A DNA stretch of 54,985 nucleotides from Candidatus Jorgensenbacteria bacterium (lineage in GTDB: Bacteria > Patescibacteriota > Minisyncoccia > UBA6257 > GWB1-50-10). The translations under genes were made by a program, and so were the position numbers. The notes beneath the pieces are model-generated. The model saw nothing but the letters and a program-made list of their open reading frames with translations, did no database searches and was not told the origin of the DNA. The DNA lies in contig JAUSHK010000004.1 in assembly GCA_030648515.1 (NCBI GenBank), positions 1-54,985 on the forward strand. Direction: 5' to 3'. Of this stretch, positions 25,492-35,216 are shown in pieces (position 1 is the first letter of the stretch; each line of letters opens with the position of its first letter).

Positions 25492-26250
25492 ATGAACCAA
25501 AAACTTAGAGATGTGCGCGTAGCTATTCTTGTCGGCGGCGCCGGGACGCGCCTACGCCCTGTTCTTTCCGATAGGCCGAAGGCTTTGGCGCCAGTAGGAA
25601 ATAAAACGTTACTGGATTACGTACTTGATAATCTTTTACAGCAGGGATTTCGCGACATAGTGCTTTGTGTTGGTTATATGAAGGAAAAAGTTAGGGAGCA
25701 TATAGGCAAGCGGTCATTTCCGGAAGGCACGACCATAAGCTTTTCGGAAGAGGAGAACCCACTAGGAACAGGCGGCGCGATTAAAAAAGCTCTTAGTGGC
25801 TCTCCGAGCGAAATAGTTCTTGTTTTGAACGGCGATACGCTTTTTCCCGTTGATTACGGCAATTTTATAAAGTTGCACATAGAACATAACGCTCATGTTT
25901 CCCTTTGTCTTAAACATATGAATGACGCCGGTCGTTTTGGGACTGTGCACACAGACAATGATAATAAAATAGTCGGCTTTCAGGAGAAAACTCAGAAGCG
26001 TGAACCCGGGGTAATTAATTGCGGAGTATACGCGTTCAATAAGAATATATTTAACAACTTTAATATGCCGGAGACGTTCTCAATAGAGAAAGATTTTTTT
26101 GAAAAACATATTCATACGGTAAGCGCCTACGGTTTCACGTTTCCTGATTATTTTATAGACATCGGAACGCCAGAAGACTATCAAAAGGCGCAGGACGATC
26201 TCAAGAACAAGCCAGAGGGGAACGAGCAGTATCATACTGATGTCGCCTAG
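25492..26250 (+). CDS. Sugar-1-phosphate nucleotidyltransferase (HddC / mannose-1-P guanylyltransferase-like)
   Basis: ILVGGAGTRLRPVLSDRPKALAPV, then GTGGAIKK and FIDIGTPEDY. Confidence 0.8.
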   Translation: MNQKLRDVRVAILVGGAGTRLRPVLSDRPKALAPVGNKTLLDYVLDNLLQQGFRDIVLCVGYMKEKVREHIGKRSFPEGTTISFSEEENPLGTGGAIKKALSGSPSEIVLVLNGDTLFPVDYGNFIKLHIEHNAHVSLCLKHMNDAGRFGTVHTDNDNKIVGFQEKTQKREPGVINCGVYAFNKNIFNNFNMPETFSIEKDFFEKHIHTVSAYGFTFPDYFIDIGTPEDYQKAQDDLKNKPEGNEQYHTDVA

Positions 26251-26388
26251 CTTCTCAGTAAGATTTATGGTCTGCTGCACGCAGAAGGCGACTTGATAGT
26301 TTGCATAAAATGCCGGGCACAGGTATGATGAAATAAAGGTTACATATAAATAAAAAGGTCAATTATACTAATATTTTATTCAAAGAAT

Positions 26389-27324
26389 ATGTCAAAAGTT
26401 CTCATCACGGGGGCGGGTGGATACATAGGTTCAACCCTAACCCTGGAAATTCTAAAGAAAGGTCATGAGGTTGTCGCAATTGATAGTTTTTCACACAACC
26501 AACCGTCGCTTATGGACTGCTGCCGTTACGGAACGTTTACCATAGTTCGTGGCGATGTGCGGGATAGAAACTTGATTTCTAAATACATCAAAGGCGTTGA
26601 TTTTATTATTCCGCTGGCTGGCATAGTAAGCGCGCCGGCATGCGATAGAGATCCTTTGGCGGCTCGAAGTATCAATCTTGAGGCAATCAACATGATTTTG
26701 GAGCTCCGCCAGCCGGAACAAAAAATTATTTATCCGGATACAAACAGCGGTTACGGTGTCGGGGAGAAAGATATATATTGCGATGAAAACACGCCACTGA
26801 ACCCAATTTCTCTATACGGCCAGACGAAAGTGGAAGCCGAAAGGAATATTCTTAAAGCTGGGAATGCGGTTGTTTTCAGGCTGGCAACGGTTTTTGGAAT
26901 CAGCCCGCGGATGCGGATGGATTTGCTGGTCAACGACTTTGTTTATCGAGCAGTTAACGACCGTTTTATCGTTCTTTTTGAATCTCATTTTAAGAGAAAT
27001 TATGTCCATGTTCGCGATGTTGCGCGGGCTTTTATTTATGCTATGGAAAATTTCGAGAAGATGAAAAACGAGCCATACAATGTGGGTTTAAGCGAAGCTA
27101 ATTTAAGTAAATTGGAACTGTGCGAAGAAATTAAAAAACAACTGCCTGGCTTCTATTTCATTGAGGCAAAAATCGGGGAAGACCCTGATAAAAGAAATTA
27201 CATTGTCAGTAATGCGAAAATAGAAAAACTTGGATTTAAGACTCAGGTATCATTGCAAGAGGGGATTACTGAATTAATTAAGGGCTACCAGATTCTTAAG
27301 CGTACCCAATACTCGAACAATTAG
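26389..27324 (+). CDS. NAD(P)-dependent sugar epimerase/dehydratase/reductase (extended SDR)
   Basis: ITGAGGYIGS and YGQTKVEAE. Confidence 0.8.
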   Translation: MSKVLITGAGGYIGSTLTLEILKKGHEVVAIDSFSHNQPSLMDCCRYGTFTIVRGDVRDRNLISKYIKGVDFIIPLAGIVSAPACDRDPLAARSINLEAINMILELRQPEQKIIYPDTNSGYGVGEKDIYCDENTPLNPISLYGQTKVEAERNILKAGNAVVFRLATVFGISPRMRMDLLVNDFVYRAVNDRFIVLFESHFKRNYVHVRDVARAFIYAMENFEKMKNEPYNVGLSEANLSKLELCEEIKKQLPGFYFIEAKIGEDPDKRNYIVSNAKIEKLGFKTQVSLQEGITELIKGYQILKRTQYSNN

Positions 27325-27331
27325 TGCGTAT

Positions 27332-28483
27332 ATGGGTAATGGAGATGCCAGCGATAAAAATCCACTGGTAAGCATCTGCGCGACTTTTTTTAACGCGGAG
27401 AGGTACATTTACAGGTTTCTCGAAAGTTGCCTTAATCAAACATATAAAAATATTGAGATAGTAATACTTGATGACGCGAGCACTGATAACAGCGAGAAGA
27501 TAATACGTGAGTATGCGGGGCGGGATTCTAGAATAAAGTATTACAAGAATGAAACGAACATTCGTCTCGCGGAAAGTCTTTTAAAGTTATTCAAGCTTGC
27601 AAAAGGAGATTTTTCCACGATGATTGGGGCGGATGATTGGCTTGCAAGGGATTACGTAGAAAACGGGGTGCGTAGTTTTTTAAAACATCCGGAATCCGCC
27701 GGCGTTATACCGAAAGTAGTCAGTCTTTTTGAAACTCGCCATAACGTGTTTCAATACGACACTGAAACAGATTTTCCTTCGCGGACATATTCAGCCGAGT
27801 GGTTCATGAAGCACATGTATCACCCGATATTCCTTTATATAAGCGGGTTCGCGCTTGTTAGAAGCAGTGACCTTGTAAGTGGGGAAGAATACCATGTTAA
27901 AAATTATTGTCGTAATACATCAGAATCTGTTCCGGAAGAATTACGCGGATTTTTTAAAAGAGGATACGGTACGGATTCGGTATTATTTCCGGAAATTCTT
28001 ACGCGTTATAAAAATTTTGTTTTTGACAACTCAATGAGCTATATAAAAATTACGCACGGTGGGAATCAGAGCTTTGATAGCAGCCACAACTCGATCTACG
28101 AAATTTTTAAAGAGGCATATTATTTTCTTCTTATATACACACTTATGTATAAGCCAAAATGGCCAAGGTTTTACAAGGGAATGAAAATTTTCCGCGGAGC
28201 AGAAGTATTGTCAACGGTATATATTCATATTTTTAGATGCCATTTCAGACTTTCATTTTTGAATATTTCAAAGAGTAGAAAATTAATTTCCGGGTTTTTT
28301 AGCGACTTTTCTTTTTTTGAAATTGTTGCGACGGTCGCATACTCAATTCCAATGGCTATCCATCGTTGTTTTGGCGGGATGAAGAGGATGATTATAAAAA
28401 ACAATCCCAACGATGAGGCGCCGCGCGTTTTTGTTAAGGAAAATTTTCTTAGTAAAGAGGGTAATTTCACTATCGCGATATAA
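27332..28483 (+). CDS. Glycosyltransferase family 2 with a C-terminal extension of unknown function
   Basis: VSICATFFNAERYIYRFLESCLNQTYKNIEIVILDDASTDNS and GADDW (DxD-like). Confidence 0.8.
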   Translation: MGNGDASDKNPLVSICATFFNAERYIYRFLESCLNQTYKNIEIVILDDASTDNSEKIIREYAGRDSRIKYYKNETNIRLAESLLKLFKLAKGDFSTMIGADDWLARDYVENGVRSFLKHPESAGVIPKVVSLFETRHNVFQYDTETDFPSRTYSAEWFMKHMYHPIFLYISGFALVRSSDLVSGEEYHVKNYCRNTSESVPEELRGFFKRGYGTDSVLFPEILTRYKNFVFDNSMSYIKITHGGNQSFDSSHNSIYEIFKEAYYFLLIYTLMYKPKWPRFYKGMKIFRGAEVLSTVYIHIFRCHFRLSFLNISKSRKLISGFFSDFSFFEIVATVAYSIPMAIHRCFGGMKRMIIKNNPNDEAPRVFVKENFLSKEGNFTIAI

Positions 28484-28521
28484 TAGTTTAGCGTCGGCAT
28501 TAAGCTTGTATTTTCCCCAAC

Positions 28522-29628
28522 ATGTTTACACCAAACCCCAGATTTACGAAGCATCTTGTTGAAAGCAACTTTTTTCGCAGTCATCCATTAACTGTTATTG
28601 ATGTTGGCGCCCGCGATGGCGTTGAGCCTCACTGGTCATGTTATGGCGACTCGGTGCGAATCATAGGTTTTGAACCGGACTTTGAAGAGTGTGAGAAATT
28701 AAATAAATCTTCAGGAAACAATCCGACTCGCGTTTTTTATCCGTTTGCTCTCCATAAAGACAAAAGCTCTCATGCCTTTTATCACATGAGCCCAGTTTCT
28801 TCTGGTTTATATCCCCCTGATCCAAAATTTATCAATCGGTTTCCGGTTGAAGATATTTTTACAATTACGAAGACCTCTACAATTGACACCATAGATTTTG
28901 ATTCTTTTGCGGATACACATGGAATTTCCGACGTTGATTTTATGAAACTCGACACAGAAGGGTCGGAGCTTGATATTCTCCGCGGCTCTATTAATCAGTT
29001 AAAAAGAACAGTTTTAGGAATAAGCTGCGAAGTTTTGTTTTTTCCGTGGCGCGATGGAGGCGAAACATTTAGCGAGGTGGAGCAATTTCTAAGGCCTTTA
29101 GGCTTCAAGTTGTACGACCTGGATGTTTGGCGTTTTGCCAATAAGTCATTTCCAAGTTTTAACAGCGTCGCTCCGGTAGGTTCCAATAGTCCGAACGCTT
29201 CATACGGCCAGATTATTCAGGGCCAGGCAGTATTTTTTCGAGACCCCGTCGCAGAGATAGAAAACAAAAAGCTGATTCTTTCTGATTGGGACGAGGCGCG
29301 CATTATAAAGATGGCGTCTTTATTTGAACATTTCCGTATGCCCGATTGCGCCATTGAGCTTCTTGATGTCGCGGTAAAACATCGTATTATTACCGATTCA
29401 GAAAAAATGCCGGTGCAAAAATTTCATGATCTTATAACGTCGGGCTTTCTCGGGCGCGCAACAACATATGAGCGCTATATTAAAAAATTGGCGCATATTA
29501 AAAAACGCGGCTATTTAAGTAATTTCGACCGTATAATGCCATACTTAAGGAGAGTCCCTTATTTAAAGAATCTCAGGGACTTTGTTAGAAGAATCTTTTA
29601 TTATTTTCACAATAACCATATCTTTTGA
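28522..29628 (+). CDS. FkbM-family methyltransferase
   Basis: IDVGARDG and MKLDTEGSELDILRG. Confidence 0.75.
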   Translation: MFTPNPRFTKHLVESNFFRSHPLTVIDVGARDGVEPHWSCYGDSVRIIGFEPDFEECEKLNKSSGNNPTRVFYPFALHKDKSSHAFYHMSPVSSGLYPPDPKFINRFPVEDIFTITKTSTIDTIDFDSFADTHGISDVDFMKLDTEGSELDILRGSINQLKRTVLGISCEVLFFPWRDGGETFSEVEQFLRPLGFKLYDLDVWRFANKSFPSFNSVAPVGSNSPNASYGQIIQGQAVFFRDPVAEIENKKLILSDWDEARIIKMASLFEHFRMPDCAIELLDVAVKHRIITDSEKMPVQKFHDLITSGFLGRATTYERYIKKLAHIKKRGYLSNFDRIMPYLRRVPYLKNLRDFVRRIFYYFHNNHIF

Positions 29629-29651
29629 AATAAATATAGTTATATTACAGC

Positions 29652-30419
29652 ATGAATGAAAACATCCTCGTAAAAATACTCGGATATGCTGCAACTATTC
29701 TCCACGGAGACGTGGCGGTTTTTGATCGCTGGATGTGGCTGCGCCGCAATTTGAAATCAGGGCTGTTGCGAACATTGGATGCCGGGTGCGGTTCAGGTTC
29801 TTTTACTATGTACGCGGCAAAACGCGGCAATGATGCGGTAGGCATTTCTTTTGATGAGAGAAACAATAAGATTGCCGAAGAGAGGGCGAGGCTTTTGCGT
29901 ATTGCCAACGCACGTTTTATAACAGGAGATTTGCGGAAACTTGATGAGATTGGGAAAACTCTTGGTTTGTTTGACCAGATAATTTGTTTTGAAACGATTG
30001 AACACATACTAGATGATGAAAAACTTGTCAGAAATTTTTCCGGCCTTTTGAAGCCCGGGGGCACTTTATTACTTACCGCTCCTTATAAATATTATTACAA
30101 GCATTTGCTAGGGGATGATAAGACGCCAATCTCGTCATACGAAGACGGCGGCCACGTAAGGCTGGGATACACGCACGAAGATCTCGAAAAAATATTCAAT
30201 AAAGCGGGCATTGTTCTTGTAAAAAGGGAATATGTTTCCGGTATTATTACTGCATTACAGATGGCGCTTTTCAGATTTCTCCAAAGGAAAATAAACTTCA
30301 GAGTCGTTTGGTTTTTGGTTTTTCCTCTAAGAGTTCTTTTCCTAGTTGACCCATTTATTACTTGGGCGACTCATTGTTCACATCTTACTGTCGCGGTAAC
30401 TGGCATCAAAAAAATATGA
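29652..30419 (+). CDS. Class I SAM-dependent methyltransferase
   Basis: LDAGCGSGSFT motif I and LKPGGTLLLT. Confidence 0.8.
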   Translation: MNENILVKILGYAATILHGDVAVFDRWMWLRRNLKSGLLRTLDAGCGSGSFTMYAAKRGNDAVGISFDERNNKIAEERARLLRIANARFITGDLRKLDEIGKTLGLFDQIICFETIEHILDDEKLVRNFSGLLKPGGTLLLTAPYKYYYKHLLGDDKTPISSYEDGGHVRLGYTHEDLEKIFNKAGIVLVKREYVSGIITALQMALFRFLQRKINFRVVWFLVFPLRVLFLVDPFITWATHCSHLTVAVTGIKKI

Positions 30420-31606
30420 AAGTAGCCGTCACAGTTCCGGGTAGATTTTGGCTTTTTTATCTGGCGCAGCAATTATTGAAGCGAGGCTATCTGGAACAGC
30501 TCATAACTTCATACCCTAAGTTTGAGGTCAAAAAATATGGAATTCCGAAAGAAAAAGTAAGTTCGATTTTGATTAAAGAAATTTTATTTCGAGGCTGGCA
30601 CGGACTTCCCGGATTTTTGAGGAATGCCTATAACCCCCAGTATTTTATTCAAGAAACCTTTGATTATTTTGCATGTCGGGCGCTTCGGAAAGCCGACATC
30701 GTCGCCGGCGGTTCATCGTCTTTTCTAAGGACTCTTAGAAAAGCAAAAAAATTTGGAGCGATAACAATTGTAGAGCATGGCAGTTCGCACATCGTCTACC
30801 AGAATAATATTTTAAAAGAAGAATATGAACGATTTGGCATAAAAGTTGAACCGGTGCACCAGAAAGTTATCGAGAAAGAAGTAAAAGAATACGAAGAAGC
30901 AGATTATATCGCGATTCCTTCGTTTTTTGTTAAGAAGACCTTCTTAGAAAAAGGGATTCCGGAATCAAAGATCATCCATGTTCCGTACGGAGCTGATCTC
31001 TCGCAATTTCACCAGATACCCAAAACTGATAACGTTTTTCGTGTAATTTTTGCGGGTGGAATGAGTTTGAGAAAAGGCGTGCATTATTTGCTTCAGGCGT
31101 TTTCAGAATTGAATTTACCCAACTCGGAGCTTATGCTCATAGGTTCTTTTAATGACGAAATTAAGCCGTTTTTTAAAAAATACGCCACCGCCTTTCGGCG
31201 GGGTCCCGCTGAAAGCGGGAAGGGGAAAATCATATGGATGGGGCATATCCAACAAAAAGAACTTCATAAATATTATTCACAGGGCTCTGTATTTGCGATA
31301 ATGTCTATTGAAGAAGGGCTCGCTCTCGTCCAGCCGCAGGCGATGGCATGCGGATTGCCGATTATCGCGACAACTAACACCGGCGCGGAAGACATTGTGC
31401 GCGATGGGCAAGACGGATTTATTATTCCAATTAGGGATATTGAGGCGCTCAAAACAAAACTTCTGTATCTTTATGAGAACCGCGATATCTGCAAGAAAAT
31501 GGGGGAGTCCGCGAAAGCAAGGGTTTCGAGCGGTTTTACGTGGGACGATTATGGTAATAGAATGGTTTCGGAATACGAGAGAATTCTTGCAAAAAATGCC
31601 CTATGA
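30416..31606 (+). CDS. Glycosyltransferase family 4
   Basis: EEGLALVQPQAMACGLPIIATTNTGAEDIV. ATGA overlap with the upstream gene, so the ORF-track start at 30362 was rejected. Confidence 0.85.
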   Translation: MKVAVTVPGRFWLFYLAQQLLKRGYLEQLITSYPKFEVKKYGIPKEKVSSILIKEILFRGWHGLPGFLRNAYNPQYFIQETFDYFACRALRKADIVAGGSSSFLRTLRKAKKFGAITIVEHGSSHIVYQNNILKEEYERFGIKVEPVHQKVIEKEVKEYEEADYIAIPSFFVKKTFLEKGIPESKIIHVPYGADLSQFHQIPKTDNVFRVIFAGGMSLRKGVHYLLQAFSELNLPNSELMLIGSFNDEIKPFFKKYATAFRRGPAESGKGKIIWMGHIQQKELHKYYSQGSVFAIMSIEEGLALVQPQAMACGLPIIATTNTGAEDIVRDGQDGFIIPIRDIEALKTKLLYLYENRDICKKMGESAKARVSSGFTWDDYGNRMVSEYERILAKNAL

Positions 31607-32790
31607 AGATACTTCACATAACGCCGGCATACGTTCCGTCATACAAACACGGCGGACCCATTAAGGGCGTTCATTATCTGAATAAATATCTCGCACGGCT
31701 TGGGGTAGATGTAACTGTTTATACAACAACGATAAACGGGAACGAGAATTTATCAGTTCCGCTTGAAACGCCAGTAATGATAGACGGTGTGCGCGTTATT
31801 TATTTTAAACCATCATTCCCGCGCGCATGGTCCTATTCGCGCAGTATGCATAAGGCGCTTTCAAAAACAGCGGGCCAATTTGATTTAATACATATTACGT
31901 CCGTTTTTCTCGCTGCATCAATGCTTGGCGCGCATTACGCAAGGAAGTTTAAAAAGCCGTATATTATTTCTCCACGCGGGAGCCTGATGAGTGAACCACT
32001 TACAAGTTTTACAAGAAGGAATCGGGCTAAAAAAAGCATTTACCTTTCGCTTATTGAGAAGAGAAATTTGCGCGCGGCTTCTATAATCCACTTCACAAGT
32101 GACGCGGAGCAAGAGGAGTATATTGCCGCCGGTTTGCCGCTTGCACGCGGCGTTATAATCCCAAACAGCTTTGACGTTGAAGATTTTGATAAGGAAGCGA
32201 ATAGCCAAGCACGCGGCGATACTTTTAACGTTCCTCCTGGGGCTAAGATCGTCCTTTTCCTTAGCAGATTAGATTGGAAAAAGGGGTTTGATACGCTCAT
32301 CCCGGCTTTTGGGGAAGTATTAAAGGCTTTACCAAATACTATTCTTGTTATTGCCGGCGGCGATGAGGGCGGATATAAAAAAACAGTAATCAGCTTAATA
32401 GAGCGATACAAAATCAAAGAACATGTCCGCTTTACCGGAATGGTTCTTGGTGCTGATAAAATAAATCTTTTAAAACGCAGTGCGGTGTTTGTTTTGCCAT
32501 CATATTCGGAAAACTTCGGGATGGCCGTCGTTGAGGCGATGTATTCCGGGGTGCCTGTCGTAATTACGAAAGGCGTGGGAATTGCGCCGGACATTGAACG
32601 CGCTGGCGCCGGAATAGTTGTTGAGAAAAACCCGAATGCAGTAAGCTCGGCAATCATAAAAGTTTTGGCCGGCGCCGTTTCAGGGGATATGGGAGAACGT
32701 GGAAAAATGCTAGTTGAAACCAAATTTGATGCTATGAATGTCGCGAAACAGATGTCTTTCGTGTACGATGGTCTTGTACATATAATATAA
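31603..32790 (+). CDS. Glycosyltransferase family 4
   Basis: GGPIKGV N-terminal motif and SENFGMAVVEAMYSGVPVVITKGVG. Confidence 0.85.
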   Translation: MKILHITPAYVPSYKHGGPIKGVHYLNKYLARLGVDVTVYTTTINGNENLSVPLETPVMIDGVRVIYFKPSFPRAWSYSRSMHKALSKTAGQFDLIHITSVFLAASMLGAHYARKFKKPYIISPRGSLMSEPLTSFTRRNRAKKSIYLSLIEKRNLRAASIIHFTSDAEQEEYIAAGLPLARGVIIPNSFDVEDFDKEANSQARGDTFNVPPGAKIVLFLSRLDWKKGFDTLIPAFGEVLKALPNTILVIAGGDEGGYKKTVISLIERYKIKEHVRFTGMVLGADKINLLKRSAVFVLPSYSENFGMAVVEAMYSGVPVVITKGVGIAPDIERAGAGIVVEKNPNAVSSAIIKVLAGAVSGDMGERGKMLVETKFDAMNVAKQMSFVYDGLVHII

Positions 32791-32792
32791 CT

Positions 32793-33440
32793 ATGGATTC
32801 ACGGCAGGATGTGTTTGAAAATTTTGAGGTACCTGATCCGATTCGTATTCAAAAAGCGGCTCGGCTTGTGCGCGCCCAACTTTCCTCTGTGCGCGGTATA
32901 GCCCTACTTGAGTGCGGTGTTACGAAAGGCGGGCTTGCTGACACCTTGAAAAATGAGGGCGCTAGGTGTTTTGGCGTGGATATCAACCCGCGCGATGTCC
33001 CGGGTGTTGCCATACAACAGGCCGACCTTAATCTCGGGTTTCCGAAGTTTGACGCCGCGTTTGATGTTATTTTTGCAGGCGAGGTAATGGAACACCTTTT
33101 TGATGATGAAAAATTTGTGCAATCAGCCCGCGCGCTATTGAAGCCCGACGGTATTCTCATGCTTACCGTGCCAAATCTTGTTTTTAGCATGAACCGGCTA
33201 CGGATGCTTTTTGGAATGACGCCGCTTTTTGCGTACGCGCTGTACCACTACCATATATATACGCGGAGCACGCTCGAGGATTTGCTTCGGCGCAATGGTT
33301 TTGAAATCGCGGACTTTACGTCGTCGCATGTTTTGTTTTCAACACGGAGAAATAAGCGGTTTGGCAGAATTTTTGAAATCCTCGGCGATCTTTTCCCATC
33401 GTTCGGGGCGCATCTCATCGTGTGCGCAAAGAAAATCTGA
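32793..33440 (+). CDS. Class I SAM-dependent methyltransferase
   Basis: LLECGVTKGG (degenerate motif I), FAGEVMEHL and LKPDGILMLTVPN. Confidence 0.7.
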   Translation: MDSRQDVFENFEVPDPIRIQKAARLVRAQLSSVRGIALLECGVTKGGLADTLKNEGARCFGVDINPRDVPGVAIQQADLNLGFPKFDAAFDVIFAGEVMEHLFDDEKFVQSARALLKPDGILMLTVPNLVFSMNRLRMLFGMTPLFAYALYHYHIYTRSTLEDLLRRNGFEIADFTSSHVLFSTRRNKRFGRIFEILGDLFPSFGAHLIVCAKKI

Positions 33441-33444
33441 TTGT

Positions 33445-34299
33445 ATGCTTGTATATCTTGGAAAAATCAGGCGGCTTATTGGCGAACTTTACGCGCTGTT
33501 TTTTATTACTGATTTTAAAACCTTCGCGCGGTATGTCTGGGCGATTGTAATTGGTATTCCCGCGATTATCCGCGTCGGGGATCTTGGCCCTGCATCCCAA
33601 AAAATGATAGGGCGGAATTACGCGTTTACTATTTCCGGCAAGCAGGCAGTATTAAGAGGGGAGGATTTTGGGAGGGCGACGGAGCTTTATGCGCGAGGCG
33701 TGTACAATGCATTGCCGGAATTCAGGCTTCATGACGGCATGGGCGTCATAGTGGATTTAGGCGCGAACGTCGGGGACTTCACGGTTCTCGCGGCGAAGTT
33801 TGCAAAAAAAGTAATAGCCGTAGAAGCCGATAAGGCGCTTATTGAAACAATTCGGGAGAACGCGCGCCTGAACGGCGTTGAGGATAAGATAATTCCGGTC
33901 CGCGCAATTATCGGCGCGCGTTCCGGAATGTTCGCTGACCCTAAGATTAAAGAACGATTTTTTCACGGCGACGTTCCTCCCTCAATTTTGTTCCGCGAGC
34001 TACTTGAAAAGAACGGCGTGCGCGATGTTGATTTTGTGAAAATTGATATAGAGGGTTCTGAATTTGATTTGTTTAAGCACGAGATTGATTCCTTCGCGAA
34101 CGTTAAGCTTATTTCTATGGAAGCGCATACGCCGTTTATGGTTCACGGAAACGAGGTTTCGTGCGGCGACATCCAGGAGCTAAAATCTATCTTTGAGCAC
34201 GCCGGTTTCAAGGTTTGGCTCGTTGATGTAAACGGAAGAGTCGTGAAGGAGATTAAGGGCCAGGCGGGCTACCTGTTTGCAAAAAACCTAAAATTCTAG
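33445..34299 (+). CDS. FkbM-family methyltransferase
   Basis: VDLGANVGDFTV and VKIDIEGSEFDLF. ATG 33445 lies 5 nt after the upstream stop, whereas the track start at 33229 overlaps that gene by 212 nt. Confidence 0.75.
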   Translation: MLVYLGKIRRLIGELYALFFITDFKTFARYVWAIVIGIPAIIRVGDLGPASQKMIGRNYAFTISGKQAVLRGEDFGRATELYARGVYNALPEFRLHDGMGVIVDLGANVGDFTVLAAKFAKKVIAVEADKALIETIRENARLNGVEDKIIPVRAIIGARSGMFADPKIKERFFHGDVPPSILFRELLEKNGVRDVDFVKIDIEGSEFDLFKHEIDSFANVKLISMEAHTPFMVHGNEVSCGDIQELKSIFEHAGFKVWLVDVNGRVVKEIKGQAGYLFAKNLKF

Positions 34300-34313
34300 A
34301 AGAATTGAAGAAT

Positions 34314-35174
34314 ATGGTGAAACTCCCGCTCAGTGTTGTAATCCTGACTAATAATGAAGAAAAAAACCTCGGGCGGTGCCTCGAGAGCGTTTCGGGTATT
34401 GCCGGGGAAGTTATAATTGTTGATTCCGGCTCTACTGACGCGACGCGCGATATCGCAAAGCGGTTCGGCGCGAAAATATACAAGCATCCGTTTACAAACC
34501 AGGCAGATCAATTTAATTGGGCGCTTAATAATACAAAAATAAAGGGGGAGTGGATTTTACGGTTGGATTCAGATGAGCGGCTCACGCCAGAACTTGCCGA
34601 CGAAATTAAGGAAACGCTTTTGGAGGTTTCTCCCAAGGTTTCTGGATTTTTTCTGCGCCGTCGCGTTTATTTTATGGGAAGGTGGATTAAGCACGGCGGA
34701 TATTACCCGGCATGGTTTTTGCGGCTTTGGCGAACCGGGGATGGGAAGATTGAAGATCGGGAAGTTGACGAGCATACAATACTTTTGCGGGGCGAGTCGC
34801 GGAGGCTCAAAAACGATTTTATTGATGATAACCGCAAGGGGCTCGAAGAATGGGTCGCAAAACAAAACCGGTACTCAACGCGCGAAGCGCGCGAGCTGAT
34901 GGGCCTCGCAAAAGAGGAACAGCTTAGTGCGCGTTTTGGCGGCGAGCAAGCTGAGCGCAAACGGTGGATAAAACAGAATCTTTACGGCCGCCTGCCTCTT
35001 TTTGTCCGCGCATTTGCTTATTTTTTCTACCGCTATTTTCTGCGGCTTGGTTTTCTTGACGGGAAAGAGGGATTTATTTTTCATCTTCTGCAAGGGTGCT
35101 GGTATCGCTTTTTAGTTGATGCCGAGCTTTATGAAATGCGCGGGAAAGGCGGGGCTTCTTTACAGAATTTGTAA
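34314..35174 (+). CDS. Glycosyltransferase family 2
   Basis: LSVVILTNNEEKNLGRCLESV..VIIVDSGSTDAT and RLDSDER. Confidence 0.8.
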   Translation: MVKLPLSVVILTNNEEKNLGRCLESVSGIAGEVIIVDSGSTDATRDIAKRFGAKIYKHPFTNQADQFNWALNNTKIKGEWILRLDSDERLTPELADEIKETLLEVSPKVSGFFLRRRVYFMGRWIKHGGYYPAWFLRLWRTGDGKIEDREVDEHTILLRGESRRLKNDFIDDNRKGLEEWVAKQNRYSTREARELMGLAKEEQLSARFGGEQAERKRWIKQNLYGRLPLFVRAFAYFFYRYFLRLGFLDGKEGFIFHLLQGCWYRFLVDAELYEMRGKGGASLQNL

Positions 35175-35216
35175 TTGGTGATATAGTTGATACGTTAGAT
35201 ATTCTTTGATTTATAC

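Noticed and set aside
26251-26388. Terminator and promoter between the nucleotidyltransferase and the next SDR gene
   Set aside because: There is only a 5-bp stem (tctgc/gcaga) without a U-tract. TTGATA...TATGAT has a 25-nt spacer. The evidence is too weak to annotate.
32040-32723. Long antisense ORFs inside well-supported genes (32040..32723, 40523..41254, 42317..42949, 43254..44015, 52026..52631, 53781..54440, 15992..16426)
   Set aside because: Each lies wholly within a gene on the other strand that has clear family motifs (GT4, flippase, sugar transferase, YqeY, FtsA, RGP-like). The antisense translations show no motifs and have skewed composition.
33229-33444. N-terminal extensions offered by the ORF track (33229, 49383, 30362, 15344, 21349, 22263, 39187, 44484, 34305)
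   Set aside because: The extensions overlap upstream genes or predicted promoters, or run antisense through pth. Internal ATGs sit just after the upstream stop or behind an SD, and they give N-termini typical of the family.
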